Source of the DNA: an uncultured Chloroflexia bacterium
GTDB lineage: Bacteria; Chloroflexota; Anaerolineae; CG2-30-64-16
NCBI GenBank assembly: GCA_963810095.1
Contig: CAWEMM010000009.1
Span: forward strand, 352,001 to 416,000
DNA: 64,000 bases
Direction: 5' to 3'
The notes below the pieces were generated by a model. That model saw only the letters and a list, made by a program, of their open reading frames with translations. It was not told the origin of the DNA and made no database searches. The translations under genes were made by a program, and so were the position numbers. Each line of letters starts with the position of its first letter. The first letter of the stretch is position 1. This document shows, in pieces, positions 22,201 to 32,493 of the stretch.

Positions 22201-22994
22201 CTATCCAAAGATCTGCTTGACCTTCTCCAGCGCCTCGGCCTCGGTGGTCGAGGGGTAGAATTCGAGCCCGATCAAGCCATCATACTTCAACTCGTGCAGC
22301 TTTTTGGCGATGTTCGGGAAATTGACCTCTCCCGTGCCCGGCTCCTGCCGGGTCGGGGCGTCGCCCACGTGCACGGCCTCGTAAAGCCCCGCATACTGCT
22401 CCAGCCCCCAGATCAGGTTCCCCCGTCGCGCTGCTGATGATAACAGTCAAAAGCCATGTGGAGCTTGGGATGGTCGAACCGGCGCACCCAGTCGGCCGCG
22501 AGATCGTGTTGGTGGACGAGGATGCCGCCCTTGATGTGAAACTCGTTCAGGGCCTCCACCCACACCTTCACCGGGGTCTGCTCGACGAGCTTGAGGATGC
22601 GCTCGGTCTGCTTCAGGCAGTTGGCGTACTGCTCGGCAGGGGTGAAGTTCGAGGACAGCCGCCGGGTGATCGTCCGGCCGTCGACAAAGTCGACCTGGTT
22701 CGAGAAGAGGAACAGGTACTGGACGCCGTACTGGCAGGCCATGTCCAGGCTTTCGGCCCACGTGCGATAGGTCAGCTCGTTGTCGCCGGGATCGGCGAAA
22801 GAGCCCATCTCGTCGTCGAAGGTCGAGTTGATGACGGCCCCCAGGCGGCGGCATTCGGACGCGATCTCGGCCATGGGCTGGCTGCGCCACGACCAGGCAT
22901 CCACCCGCTTGATCCCCAGCTTGCAGATCGGCTCCACCCGCTCGACCATCGGCCGGTCGGTGAACCAGAAATCCAGGTAACCCGTGAACTCCAT
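22201..22994 (-). CDS. Hydroxypyruvate isomerase (Hyi)/sugar phosphate isomerase-epimerase TIM barrel; frameshift near 22420
   Basis: VEALN, FDCYHQQ; downstream frame gives VHVGDAPTRQEPGTGEVNF and IGLEFYP. Confidence 0.82.
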
Positions 22995-23021
22995 TGTCGT
23001 GCTCCTTCCGAGTGACGCCTT

Positions 23022-23095
23022 AACACAAAGGCACAAAGACACGAAGACAGTGAAACACGAACGAGCTGACGTACTTCCTTTGTGTCTTTGTGGTG
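23022..23095. repeat. Palindromic intergenic repeat, family B
   Basis: ACACAAAGGCACAAAGACACGAAG ... CTTTGTGTCTTTGTGGTG. Confidence 0.7.
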
Positions 23096-23099
23096 ATCT

Positions 23100-24125
23100 C
23101 TATACTAGGCGGTGCCGCAACTCGCCGCCGCGCAGGATGGCTTCGATGTTGACGTAATCCCCCGCACGCATCGCGCCGGTCAGGCGGATCGCGCCCGCGG
23201 CAACGTGCGGCGTCAGGATGAGGTTGACCATCGGGTCGCGCGCGAGCGCCAGCAGCGGGTTATCGGGCTGTACCGGCTCCCAGGTGAAGCCGTCGACTGC
23301 GGCGCCACCGAGGTGTCGGGACCGCACGGCCTCGGCCAACGCGTTCTCGTCCACCGTGCCGCTGCCGCCGGTCTGGATGAAGAGGCTGCCCGGCTTCATG
23401 CAATTGAAGAACTCGGCATTGATGGATTCCTCCGCGCCAGGCAGGAGCGGCAGCAGCGCGATGACCACGTCGCAGCTCGCGGCCAGCTCATCTTTGCTGA
23501 CATAATGCAGGCCGAATTGCTGCTCGGCGACGGTGGGCAACTGGCGCCGCTTGTTGTACAGGACCGTGGACCCGAAGGGCTTGAGCCGGATCGCGAGCTC
23601 CAGGCCGATCTCGCCGAAGCCCAGGATGCCTACCTTCTTGTCCATGATCCCGCCGATGTCCTCGCGTCGCGCCCAGTTGTAGGCGAAGTAGTCTTCGTCG
23701 CACTTACGGGGAGGCGTGCCCCAGTCGTCGCCGTCCTCTGAGATCTTCATCAGCTCGCGCACCCGCTTGACCAGTCCCAGCATTTGCAGGAAGACATGCT
23801 CGGCCACGAGCTGGCATGTCTGCACCGGCAGGCAGCAAACGGGGATGCCCGCCGCCTGGGCCGCGGCGAGGTCCAGGTCCCAGGTCTGAATGCCCAACCG
23901 CTGGATCAGCCGCAGATTCTTGCCGGCCGCGATCATGTCCGCGTCGACCACACCCGTACGCTCGGAGATGAAGAACTCCATTTCGGGCAGGAGTGCGAGA
24001 ATCTCTTCCTTGCTCGGGTCGCGGCGCATCACTACGTCCAGCTCGGCCGGCGCGCCCTCGAGCGCCCACTGCTGCTGCTGCTGGCCGCGCTGGGTGACGA
24101 ATAGGATGTGGTGTTTGAGATCCAC
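23100..24125 (-). CDS. D-isomer-specific 2-hydroxyacid dehydrogenase
   Basis: VAEH, VGILGFGEIG, VDENALAEA, EPV and TPHVA motifs; GGAGG RBS before GTG. Confidence 0.88.
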   Translation of the reverse strand: MDLKHHILFVTQRGQQQQQWALEGAPAELDVVMRRDPSKEEILALLPEMEFFISERTGVVDADMIAAGKNLRLIQRLGIQTWDLDLAAAQAAGIPVCCLPVQTCQLVAEHVFLQMLGLVKRVRELMKISEDGDDWGTPPRKCDEDYFAYNWARREDIGGIMDKKVGILGFGEIGLELAIRLKPFGSTVLYNKRRQLPTVAEQQFGLHYVSKDELAASCDVVIALLPLLPGAEESINAEFFNCMKPGSLFIQTGGSGTVDENALAEAVRSRHLGGAAVDGFTWEPVQPDNPLLALARDPMVNLILTPHVAAGAIRLTGAMRAGDYVNIEAILRGGELRHRLV

Positions 24126-24165
24126 TGCTGACCTCCATAGTATCAGGCGCGTAGCCCGCAACGCT

Positions 24166-25659
24166 CTAGACGAGCGACGTCCAGACGGCCTTGACCTCGG
24201 TGTAGGCCTCGATAACTTCAAGCCCATTGTCGCGGCCGTAACCGCTGCCTTTGAAACCGCCAAAGGGCGATGCCGGGTCGAAGCGGTCATAGGTGTTGAC
24301 CCAGACCACGCCCGCCTTGACCGCCGCCGCAACCCGGTGCGCGCGGGCCACATCGCGGGTCCAGACGCCGGCCGCCAGCCCGTAGGTCGTGTCGTTCGCC
24401 CGGGTGATGACTTCCTGCTCGGTTTCGAACGGCAAGACCGGTACGACAGGCCCGAAGATCTCCTCGCGCGCCACCGTCATATCGTCGCGCACCCCGGTGA
24501 GGATGGCCGGCTCCATGTAGCAGCCGCCCGCGTACTCGCCCTCGGTCAGCCGCCGGCCGCCGTGCCACAGCGTCGCGCCCTGGTCCAGCCCGCCCTGCAG
24601 GTAGCCCTGGATCGAGTCGAGCTGGCTGGGGTGGATGATCGGGCCAATGTCGGTCGACAGGTCGAAGGCGTCGCCGATGCGAGCGGCTTTGACCGTCGCC
24701 GTCAGCTTCTCGAGCACCTGGTCGTAGACGGGCTTCTGCACAAACAAGCGCGCGCCTGCGACACAGCTCTGGCCGGTGAAACCAAAGCCCGCATTGAACG
24801 CGCCGCGCACGGCCGCATCGACGTCGGCATCGGCAAAGATGATGTTGGGCGCCTTGCTGCCCAGCTCGAGCGCCAGCCGCTTGAGGTTCCCGGCCGACGC
24901 CTTGATGATGCCGCGGCCCACCGCAGTGGAGCCCGTGAACTGGACCTTGTTGATGCCGTCGTGTTCGGCCAGCGCCGACCCGATCACCGGGCCGGGGCCG
25001 GTCAGGACATTGACCGCACCTTCGGGGAAGCCGGCTTCCTGGATCAGCTCGGCTAGCCGGATGATCGGCAGCGAGGCCCACTGGGCGGGCTTCAGGATGA
25101 CGGTGTTGCCGCACGCCAGCGCGGGTCCCATCTTCTGCACCGCATGGATCAGCGGGTAGTTCCAGGGGATAATGATCGCGACGACGCCCAACGGCTCGCG
25201 GCGGGTGTACACGAAATGGTCGAGCGCGCCGATCGACGGGGTATAGCCCGCAATCTTGCCGGGCCAACCCGAATAGTGGTAGGCCAGCCGAGTGGCGACG
25301 CGGGTGTCGATCATGCGGGTCTTCTTGAGCGGCTTGCCGTTGTCCAGCGATTCGATCTCGGCCAGTTCGCCCGCATGTGCGGTCATCAGGTCGCCCAGCT
25401 TGCGCAGGCAGGCCTCCCGGTCGCCCGGCGCCATCTTGCCCCAGCTCGTCTCAAATGCCTTGCGCGCCGCTGCGACGGCAGCTTCAACCTCGGGCACGCC
25501 GGCCTGCGCCAGCTCGGCCAGGCATGCGCCGTCGGAGGGGTTGTCGGTTCTGAAATGCCCGCCCGACGCCGCGTCCACCCACTGACCGCCGACGAACAGC
25601 TTGAACGGCGAACGTGCGAGGAATTGCTGCGTGGCCAGGCTGATCGGTTCCTTTGCCAT
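24166..25659 (-). CDS. NAD(P)-dependent aldehyde dehydrogenase
   Basis: IIPWNYP, FTGSTAVG, ELGSKAP, GQSCVAG, EEIFGPV and PFGGFKGSG. Confidence 0.93.
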   Translation of the reverse strand: MAKEPISLATQQFLARSPFKLFVGGQWVDAASGGHFRTDNPSDGACLAELAQAGVPEVEAAVAAARKAFETSWGKMAPGDREACLRKLGDLMTAHAGELAEIESLDNGKPLKKTRMIDTRVATRLAYHYSGWPGKIAGYTPSIGALDHFVYTRREPLGVVAIIIPWNYPLIHAVQKMGPALACGNTVILKPAQWASLPIIRLAELIQEAGFPEGAVNVLTGPGPVIGSALAEHDGINKVQFTGSTAVGRGIIKASAGNLKRLALELGSKAPNIIFADADVDAAVRGAFNAGFGFTGQSCVAGARLFVQKPVYDQVLEKLTATVKAARIGDAFDLSTDIGPIIHPSQLDSIQGYLQGGLDQGATLWHGGRRLTEGEYAGGCYMEPAILTGVRDDMTVAREEIFGPVVPVLPFETEQEVITRANDTTYGLAAGVWTRDVARAHRVAAAVKAGVVWVNTYDRFDPASPFGGFKGSGYGRDNGLEVIEAYTEVKAVWTSLV

Positions 25660-25676
25660 GTGTCCTCCAAAAACCC

Positions 25677-26863
25677 CTAGCAGGGCAGGTTGAGCGGCTT
25701 CCGCATCTGCGCCAGGATCGCCGCACAGTCCTCTGCGCTCGCCGGTCGGGGATTGTTGCCGAGCAGCACCATCCGGGTCGTCTCTTCGGCGATCGCCGCC
25801 CAGTCCGGCTCGACGCCGTCGTGCGCTTGCGCCTCGGGCAGTTCGCTCAGGGTGGTCGGCAGGCCAAGCCCGTGCACGAACCGGCCCAATGCCGTCGACC
25901 AACTCGTCGTCGCTTGCTCCAGCCCCCAGCCCCATCACGGCCGCGAGCCGCCCGCGACGCTCGGCCGCGATCGCAGGCAGGTTGAACCGGAGGACGTAGG
26001 GCAGAAGCACCGCATTCGCCAGCCCGTGGTGCAGGTGCAGGTGGCCGGTCAGAGGGCCAGAGAGCGCATGGACAAGCCCCAGCCCGGCCTGATCCATGGC
26101 GATGCCGCCCCAGGCGGCCGCCAACATCATGTGCTGCCGCGCTTCCATATCGTTGCCGTCGACGGTCGCCCGCGGCAGCATGCGCCAGGTCGTCTCCAGC
26201 GCTGCCAGGGCCAGCTGATCGGTAAAGGGATTCGCCCGCTTGCCTGTGTAAGCCTCGATCGCATGCACGAAGGCGTCCATGCCCGTCGCCGCGGTCATGA
26301 GCGGCGGCAGCGAGCGGGTCAGCTCGGGGTCGAGGATGGCCGAGTGTGCGAACATGAGCGGGCTGAGCACGCCCTTCTTGAACGGGCGGTCGGGGTCGAC
26401 GATGACCATCACCTTGCTCACCTCGCTGCCCGTGCCCGCCGTGGTCGGCACCGCGAGCACCGGGAAGGCTCCGCTGGGTGATGGGCTTGCCGCCCCATTG
26501 GTAGTCCGGGTAGCTGCCGCCGTTCGCCACGAGCATGGCGATGGCTTTGGCGACGTCGATGGCGCTGCCGCCGCCCAACGCCACGAGGGCTTGGACCCCT
26601 TGCTCCAGGGCGATGGCGAGACCGGCATGCACTTCGGTGGTCGTGGGATTGGTGCTGACGTCGGAGAAGGCGAGCACCGTAAAGCCCGCTTCTTGCAGCG
26701 CGGCGCAAAACCGTTCGGGCCAGCCAAGTTGGGCCAGGCCCCGATCGCTGACGAGAAGCACCCGCATCGCGCCAAGCGCTTTGAGCTGCGTCTTCAGCGC
26801 TTCGACCGCGGGCTGCCCGAAAAGCACCTGCGTGGGCAGCGTGAAAGCAAATGCTGAGAGCAT
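25677..26863 (-). CDS. Iron-containing alcohol dehydrogenase (2 frameshifts)
   Basis: ALGGGSAIDVAK, PTTAGTGSE, TGMDAFVHAIE, HALS and HHGLAN. Confidence 0.88.
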
Positions 26864-26893
26864 CGTTCCTCCTCGCTGAGGGTGTGAATCAGC

Positions 26894-28315
26894 CTAATCT
26901 TCGGCCCCAACCGCCATGTCTGCCAATGCGACGGGGTGGATCGGCGGGCGGGGTGTGAAGATCCCGGTCGCATGACGCGAGGCAAGATAGTCCTCGCGCA
27001 GGCCGGCCTCACGCATCAGGATGCGGGCGGCCAACTCGCCACAGATCCGGCCCTGGCAATTGCCCATGCCCAGGCGGGTGAGGGCTTTCAGTTCCGTCGT
27101 CGAGCGGACACCGTCGGCTGCGGCCGCCCGGATGTCTCCCGCGGTCACTTCCTCGCACCGGCAGATGATCGTGTCTTCGTGGGCGAGCTCGAAGATGCCG
27201 GGACCCGGGGTGTAGAACTGCCCGAGCATGGCCGCGAAGCGACGCTCGCGGCGCAACGGGCCCTTCAGACGGTCCACCTTCTGCTGCACCTGCTCGGGGG
27301 CGAGGCGGCCGAGCGACCCGGCGGCCGAATACCCCGCCACCTGCCCTTCCAGCGCGGAGAGCGCGGCGCCGCCGATGCCCGCACCGTCGCCGGCCATGTA
27401 GACGCGGCCGAGCGAGGTCTGCATATTCTCGTCGCGCACCGGCACGTAGCCGCCCCGACGCAGGTCGTACTCGTGCGCGCACCCCAGCAGCCGGCTCAAC
27501 TCGGTGGACGGGATGAAGCCGTAGCCCAGGAGGATCGTGTCGGCCTTGACGACTTGCTCGCTGCCCTTCACCGGCCGCCACGTCTCGTCTAGCCGAGCGA
27601 TCACTGCCTCTTCAACCTGGTCCGCGCCCCGCGCTTCGACCACGGCCCAACCGAACCGGTACGGCACGCCGCGGAGCGCTCGCAGGTAGCTCCAGCCTTC
27701 GCGCACCCGGTCCCACTGCCCCCACATGGCGGCAGCCTGGCGCACGTTCCGCCGGCCCATCGAAGAACCTTCCAGGATGGCGGCAACTTCTGCACCCGCA
27801 CGCACGAGGGACGCGGCAACTGCAAGTTGCAGCGGGCCTGTGCCCGACAGGAGTACCCTGCGACCCGCCAGCACCCGCTGATTCTTCAGGAGGGTCTGTG
27901 CTGCGCCGGCGGTCATCACGCCTGGCAGCGTCCAGCCGGGGAAAGCGACCGGGCGGTCGTATGCGCCGGTCGCGAGGATCAGGGCCTCCGTCGACAGGGC
28001 GGGCGGCGAAGACGGGCCGCTGAGGGCCACCTCCCAGCAGCCCCCCGCAGGGGCCGGGAACGTGCCCCAGACCGTGGTCTCCGAAAGGACCCGGACCTTG
28101 GCATCGCGCAGTTTGCTCATGAGCGAGACGGCCGCGACCTGGTGGTCCGTGCGGTCGTCTGCCCGAAAAGCGGCAGGCAGCTGCCGGAAGTATTGGCCCC
28201 CGGGGCGGGCATAACCGTCGACCAGGACGACCTGTGCGCCGGACTCTGCGGCTGCCACAGCAGCGTTGATGCCCGCAGGCCCTGCGCCGATGACGACGAC
28301 TTCCACCTGTTCCAT
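26894..28315 (-). CDS. FAD/NAD(P)-binding oxidoreductase with C-terminal BFD-like 2Fe-2S domain (HcnB/opine oxidase A-like)
   Basis: IGAGPAG, ATGAYDRPVAFPGWTLPGV, ICRCEEV, TRLGMGNCQGRIC and RPPIHP. Confidence 0.88.
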   Translation of the reverse strand: MEQVEVVVIGAGPAGINAAVAAAESGAQVVLVDGYARPGGQYFRQLPAAFRADDRTDHQVAAVSLMSKLRDAKVRVLSETTVWGTFPAPAGGCWEVALSGPSSPPALSTEALILATGAYDRPVAFPGWTLPGVMTAGAAQTLLKNQRVLAGRRVLLSGTGPLQLAVAASLVRAGAEVAAILEGSSMGRRNVRQAAAMWGQWDRVREGWSYLRALRGVPYRFGWAVVEARGADQVEEAVIARLDETWRPVKGSEQVVKADTILLGYGFIPSTELSRLLGCAHEYDLRRGGYVPVRDENMQTSLGRVYMAGDGAGIGGAALSALEGQVAGYSAAGSLGRLAPEQVQQKVDRLKGPLRRERRFAAMLGQFYTPGPGIFELAHEDTIICRCEEVTAGDIRAAAADGVRSTTELKALTRLGMGNCQGRICGELAARILMREAGLREDYLASRHATGIFTPRPPIHPVALADMAVGAED

Positions 28316-28320
28316 CGCTA

Positions 28321-28617
28321 TCACCCCGCTCGCGTCTCGATGGCCATGCCGGGGACCAGGGTCGTCATGCACGCCCGCAGGTTGGGCACGCCGTCGATGG
28401 TGACCAGGCAGTCGTAACAGATGCCGATGCCGCAGAAGATGCTCCGGGGCTGGCCGTTCTTGGGCGTGTGGCGGAAAGTGCGGATGCCCTCCGCGAGGAG
28501 CAGGGCAGCGACCGTCTCGCCGGAATAGGCGCTCACGGCGTGCCCGTCAACCTGCACGGTGATCGGCTCGCCGCGCTGGGCGAGGGGCAACTCGGGGTCG
28601 GATTGGGTGACTCGCAT
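28321..28617 (-). CDS. 2Fe-2S-binding subunit (HcnA-like)
   Basis: GETVAALL, FCGIGICYDCLV and RACMT. Confidence 0.9.
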   Translation of the reverse strand: MRVTQSDPELPLAQRGEPITVQVDGHAVSAYSGETVAALLLAEGIRTFRHTPKNGQPRSIFCGIGICYDCLVTIDGVPNLRACMTTLVPGMAIETRAG

Positions 28618-28700
28618 ACGAAGCCTCCGGTGGCATTCATGGCGGCCGGTCCAGGTGTGGTGCTAGTCAGGAGCGTGCTCGGCGTAAATCGCCAACATGG

Positions 28701-28743
28701 ATGGTATCACGGGGTCCGAGAAGTGTCAACTGCCAGTTGACAC
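28701..28743 (-). promoter_or_regulatory. Promoter with perfect palindromic operator
   Basis: GTGTCAACTG-C-CAGTTGACAC (28723-28743) overlaps minus-strand TTGACA-N17-TACCAT with TGn. Confidence 0.75.
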
Positions 28744-28769
28744 CGTTCACTCGTTGTAGGCGACCTAGA

Positions 28770-29336
28770 TCAGTTACTCGCCCGGGCGATGGCCGAAATG
28801 TAGTCTGCGGAAGTGTCGCCCAGGGCCCGGATGTTCTCCAGGTAGCGGTTCTCCAGATACATGCAGTCCCCGGCCCGTAGCTCATAGATCTTACCGGCGA
28901 GCGTGATCTCGACGGTGCCCGAGAGGACGACAATACACTCTTCGCCGGGGTCGCCCACCAACTGCTGAAGGGTGTAGCCTGCGGCCGGCTCGAGGCAGAC
29001 GCGGAACAGCACCATTTTGCGCGTGACCTGGGGCGTTAGCACCTCGTAACTGACGTGTGTGTCGGGGAAGACCAGGCGACCACGGGTCTCGGCGCGCACG
29101 ACAAGGTTGTCGGCCGACGTATCGGCCAGGAGGCGCGGCAGCGCGATCTTGAGCGCGTTGGCTATGCTGAGGGCCGAGGCGAGGGTCGGGTTGGCCCGGC
29201 CGCGTTCGAGGTTGCTCAGGAACGTTGCGCTCAAGTTCGTCAGTTCCGCCAGGTCGCGCAGGCTGAGGCCAAGCTCCTGTCGCCGTTCCTTGATGCGCTC
29301 GCCGAAATGAGCGTAATCCTCGGAAAATTCGTCCAT
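28770..29336 (-). CDS. XRE-family HTH regulator with C-terminal cupin sensor (PuuR/SutR-like)
   Basis: LSLRDLAELTNLSATFLSNLERGRANPTL HTH; GEECIVVLSG...LRAGDC cupin. Confidence 0.9.
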   Translation of the reverse strand: MDEFSEDYAHFGERIKERRQELGLSLRDLAELTNLSATFLSNLERGRANPTLASALSIANALKIALPRLLADTSADNLVVRAETRGRLVFPDTHVSYEVLTPQVTRKMVLFRVCLEPAAGYTLQQLVGDPGEECIVVLSGTVEITLAGKIYELRAGDCMYLENRYLENIRALGDTSADYISAIARASN

Positions 29337-29414
29337 GTCATCGTCCTTCGCAATGCAGCATCGCTAAGTCACGAATGCCGCCAATTACGTGTAGTTGCAA
29401 TTCTGTATGTGAGA

Positions 29415-29456
29415 ATCATACCAGACACTGCACGATTCGTCAACCACGAGTTTGTA
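29415..29456 (-). promoter_or_regulatory. Promoter of the XRE regulator with degenerate operator
   Basis: Minus-strand TTGACG-N17-TATGAT with TGn; CGTCAAC-N5-GTTTGTA at 29438-29456. Confidence 0.55.
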
Positions 29457-29649
29457 AATGGACAAACTGTAAGCCCCGAATTCACTAGCTGCTCGGGTCG
29501 CGGCGCAGGGAACCCGCAAACTCAACTCCGCCCCAGTTCCACCAGCCATGCTCTTGGCGGTCGCTCCTCCGGCCTTGGGTCTCCCGGTCGATCTGCTATA
29601 CTTCTTCCCGCGCACAAACGCCTTCCCGATACCGGCACAAGGAGCCTGC

Positions 29650-32375
29650 ATGTCCACTCACCCTTCGGCCACTTGGCCCCTCGGCCTCCAACCCACCATC
29701 TCCCAGCCGCTCCCGCACCGCATGCTCGCCCTGACCGTGCATCGCGATCGTTACGGGCCGCCGGCAGAGGTCATTCACCTGGAAGAAGTGGCAGCGCCGC
29801 GCCTGCGCCTTGAAGACGCGGGCCGTGTCCTGGTCAGCATCCTGGCCACGGGCCCAAACTTCAACACCAACTTCGCCGCGCTTGGGCTGCCGGTGCCCGT
29901 TTTTGGCCGGGGCGACAGCGCCGGCCTGCACATCCCGGGCAGCGACGCCCTGGGCATCGTGGTGGACGCGGGCCCCGCCGTTAAGAGCGTGCGCGTGGGG
30001 CAGGCTGTCATCCTCGACTCGTGGACGGGCCGCAATATCCGGGGGTACGAGACCCACGATGGGTTTAACGCCCAGTTTGCGGTGGTCGACGAGGCGCGCG
30101 CGCTCCCCTTACCCGAAGAACTGCGGCGCCATGCGCCCGAGCAGCTCGCCGCCCTCCTGCTGACTTACGGCACCGCCTACCGGTGCGTGGTCGAGCGGCT
30201 GGAAGTCCGTCCCGGCGACTCGATCCTGCTGATGGGTGGGGGCAAGGGTACCAGCTTCGCCGGCGCGCAGCTCGCCAAGGCCCTCGGCGCGCGGGTGCTG
30301 CTCATGGGCTCCAACCCGGAGCTCGGCCGTGCGCTCATGGCACGGGGCCTCGCCGACGCGTTCGTCGACCGCCGCAGCCTGCCGCCAGGGGTGTTCGGCG
30401 TGCTCGCGCCCGAGACGGACCATGGGGCCTGGGCCGCGCAAACCGAGCCGTTCCGCCGGGCCGTTTATGAGGCCAACGCGGGCCGCCCGGTGGACAAGAT
30501 CTTCGAGCACACGGGGGGGCGCAACTTCCCGTTGCTGGTCTCGACGCTGGCCGAAGGTGGGACGCTGGCTTTCTTCGGCGCGACGGGCAGCGGGCTGAAG
30601 GGCGAGTACAAGAACACGTTCTTCTATGCGGGCCATCGCTGCGTGATCGACGCCCGGTGGGTCTGGATGCGCCAGAAGCAGGTGATCTTCCGCCGCGGCT
30701 CCGCGCGCGACATCTTCTCCGAAATCCGCCTGCCCCCCGGCCGCAGGGGGCTGATCTGGGGCGCAGACGCCTATGCGGCGGAGTTCGCCGCGGCCGCGCT
30801 CGAACGGGGCACGGACCTGGCCGTGATCGCCTCGCATAGCCGGGAGGCTGAGGGCATCGCTGCGCTTGTCCGGCTGGGCGTACCTCAGGGTCACATGATC
30901 GACCGCGACCGGTTTTCGCTGCCTGCGGACATGCCCGATCCCTTGACGGAGGACGGCCGCTCGAACCCCGCCTACGGGCCCGGCTTCATGGACCCCGCGC
31001 GGGACTGGGGCGGGCGATCTGGGATGTGTTCGGCCCGCGTGTCAGCCCGGACTTTGTCGTAGACCGGCCGGACGCGGGCATGCTGCACTTCAGCACGTTT
31101 CTGGCCCGCGACTACGACGAAGCCGACGAGTTCCCGAGCGGTTACGTGATCGTACGCGGCGGGTCGGACTTGTCGATTCGAGGCTCTCACATGTACCGCA
31201 GCGGCCAGGCGCGCGAGGTCGTGCGGCTGTTGGCCGAAGGCCGCCTCGTGATGGAGCCGGACGACCTGGAGTTGGTGGGGCTGGCGGGCCTGCCACAGGT
31301 CCAGCAAGCGATGCTGGACGGTAGGATGACCAAGCCTAAGGGTGCGGCGTTGGTGCAAGCAAGCGGCGCCGGGCGCTCGGTCGCCGAAGTCGAGGCCGCC
31401 TACCTGGGCGAGGCCTTGCCCCGGCTGCCCGGCCCGCTTACCCTCACGTGGAGTGAAGGGGTGGCGATCGTGACCCTGAACCGGCCCGAGGCGCTCAACG
31501 CGCTCAGCGAGGACCTCCTGGCGCAGCTCGAAGCTGTCGTTGCGCAGGTGGAGCGGGACGGGACGGCCGGCGGGCGGCACGTGGACGCGCTCCTGCTGCG
31601 CGGTGCGGGTCGCGCCTTCATGGCCGGCGCGGATGTGACTGGGTTTATGGGCAAGACGGCCGGCCAGATTGCCGCGCTGGCCGCGAAGGTTCTCGACGTC
31701 TACGGCCGCCTCGAAAATCTCCGCGTGCCGGTCGTGAGCCTGGTCGACGGCTTTGCGCTCGGCGGCGGCAACGAGCTCGCAATGAGCACGCATTATCGCA
31801 TCGTGACCGAGAACGCGCAGATCGGCCAGCCGGAGATCAAGCTGGGCATCATTCCCGGCTACGGGGGCATGCAGCGCCTGCCTCGCCTGATCGGGGCGCG
31901 CCAGGCTGCCCGGCTGGCCCTCAACGGCGAGCCCATCGACGCCCACACGGCCGTTGCCTTCGGGCTGGCCGATGCGTTCTGCCCGTCGTCAACCGCGCTG
32001 CGGGTGGCTTTCCAGGTTGCGCGGGAGCTGGCCGGGGGTGCTCGCCCGTTCGTGCGTCGTGACTGGGACGCGCTCGCCGCGAGTCAGCGCGCCGAGCTCG
32101 ATGCCCTGTGGGCCGAACCACAAGTCGCGGACCTGCTCGACGCACCCCCTCCCACCGCCAACGAGCGCGGCGAGCTCCGCGCGGCCAGGCGCTACGCCGG
32201 CCGCGTCGCCTTGGAAGCGCTGCGGGCCGGCTACGAGCGAGGCTTCAGCGCCGGCCTCGCCAACGACGCGCAGCTTTTCGGGCAGGTGACCGCCTCCCCC
32301 TCGGGGCAGGAGTGGGTGGGCCGCTTCCTGGCGAAAGACCCCCGCCAATCGGCGTTCTTGACGCTGCTGGAGTGA
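29650..32375 (+). CDS. Enoyl-CoA reductase (Ccr/Pcs-like MDR) fused to enoyl-CoA hydratase; frameshift near 31010
   Basis: PNFN, IPGSD, IRGYET, LTYGTAYR, FEHTG, WVWMRQKQ and IRGSH; then NRPEALNAL, AFMAGAD, ALGGGNELA and GQPEIKLGIIPGYGGMQRLPR. Confidence 0.8.
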
Positions 32376-32493
32376 GGTCGCCCCTTCGAGCAAATGAGAG
32401 AGCTTCGCAGTTATGCGCCGGCTGTGCTGGCATTTATAACCGCGAAGCTCTGAAAGTCCCGTCAGTTGTGGTAACCCGTCTCGACTGACTGAA

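Noticed and set aside
24166-26775. 869-aa ORF as an ADH-ALDH fusion
   Set aside because: Artefact of frameshifts; the ADH ends at 25677 and the ALDH has its own GGAGG RBS and ATG at 25659
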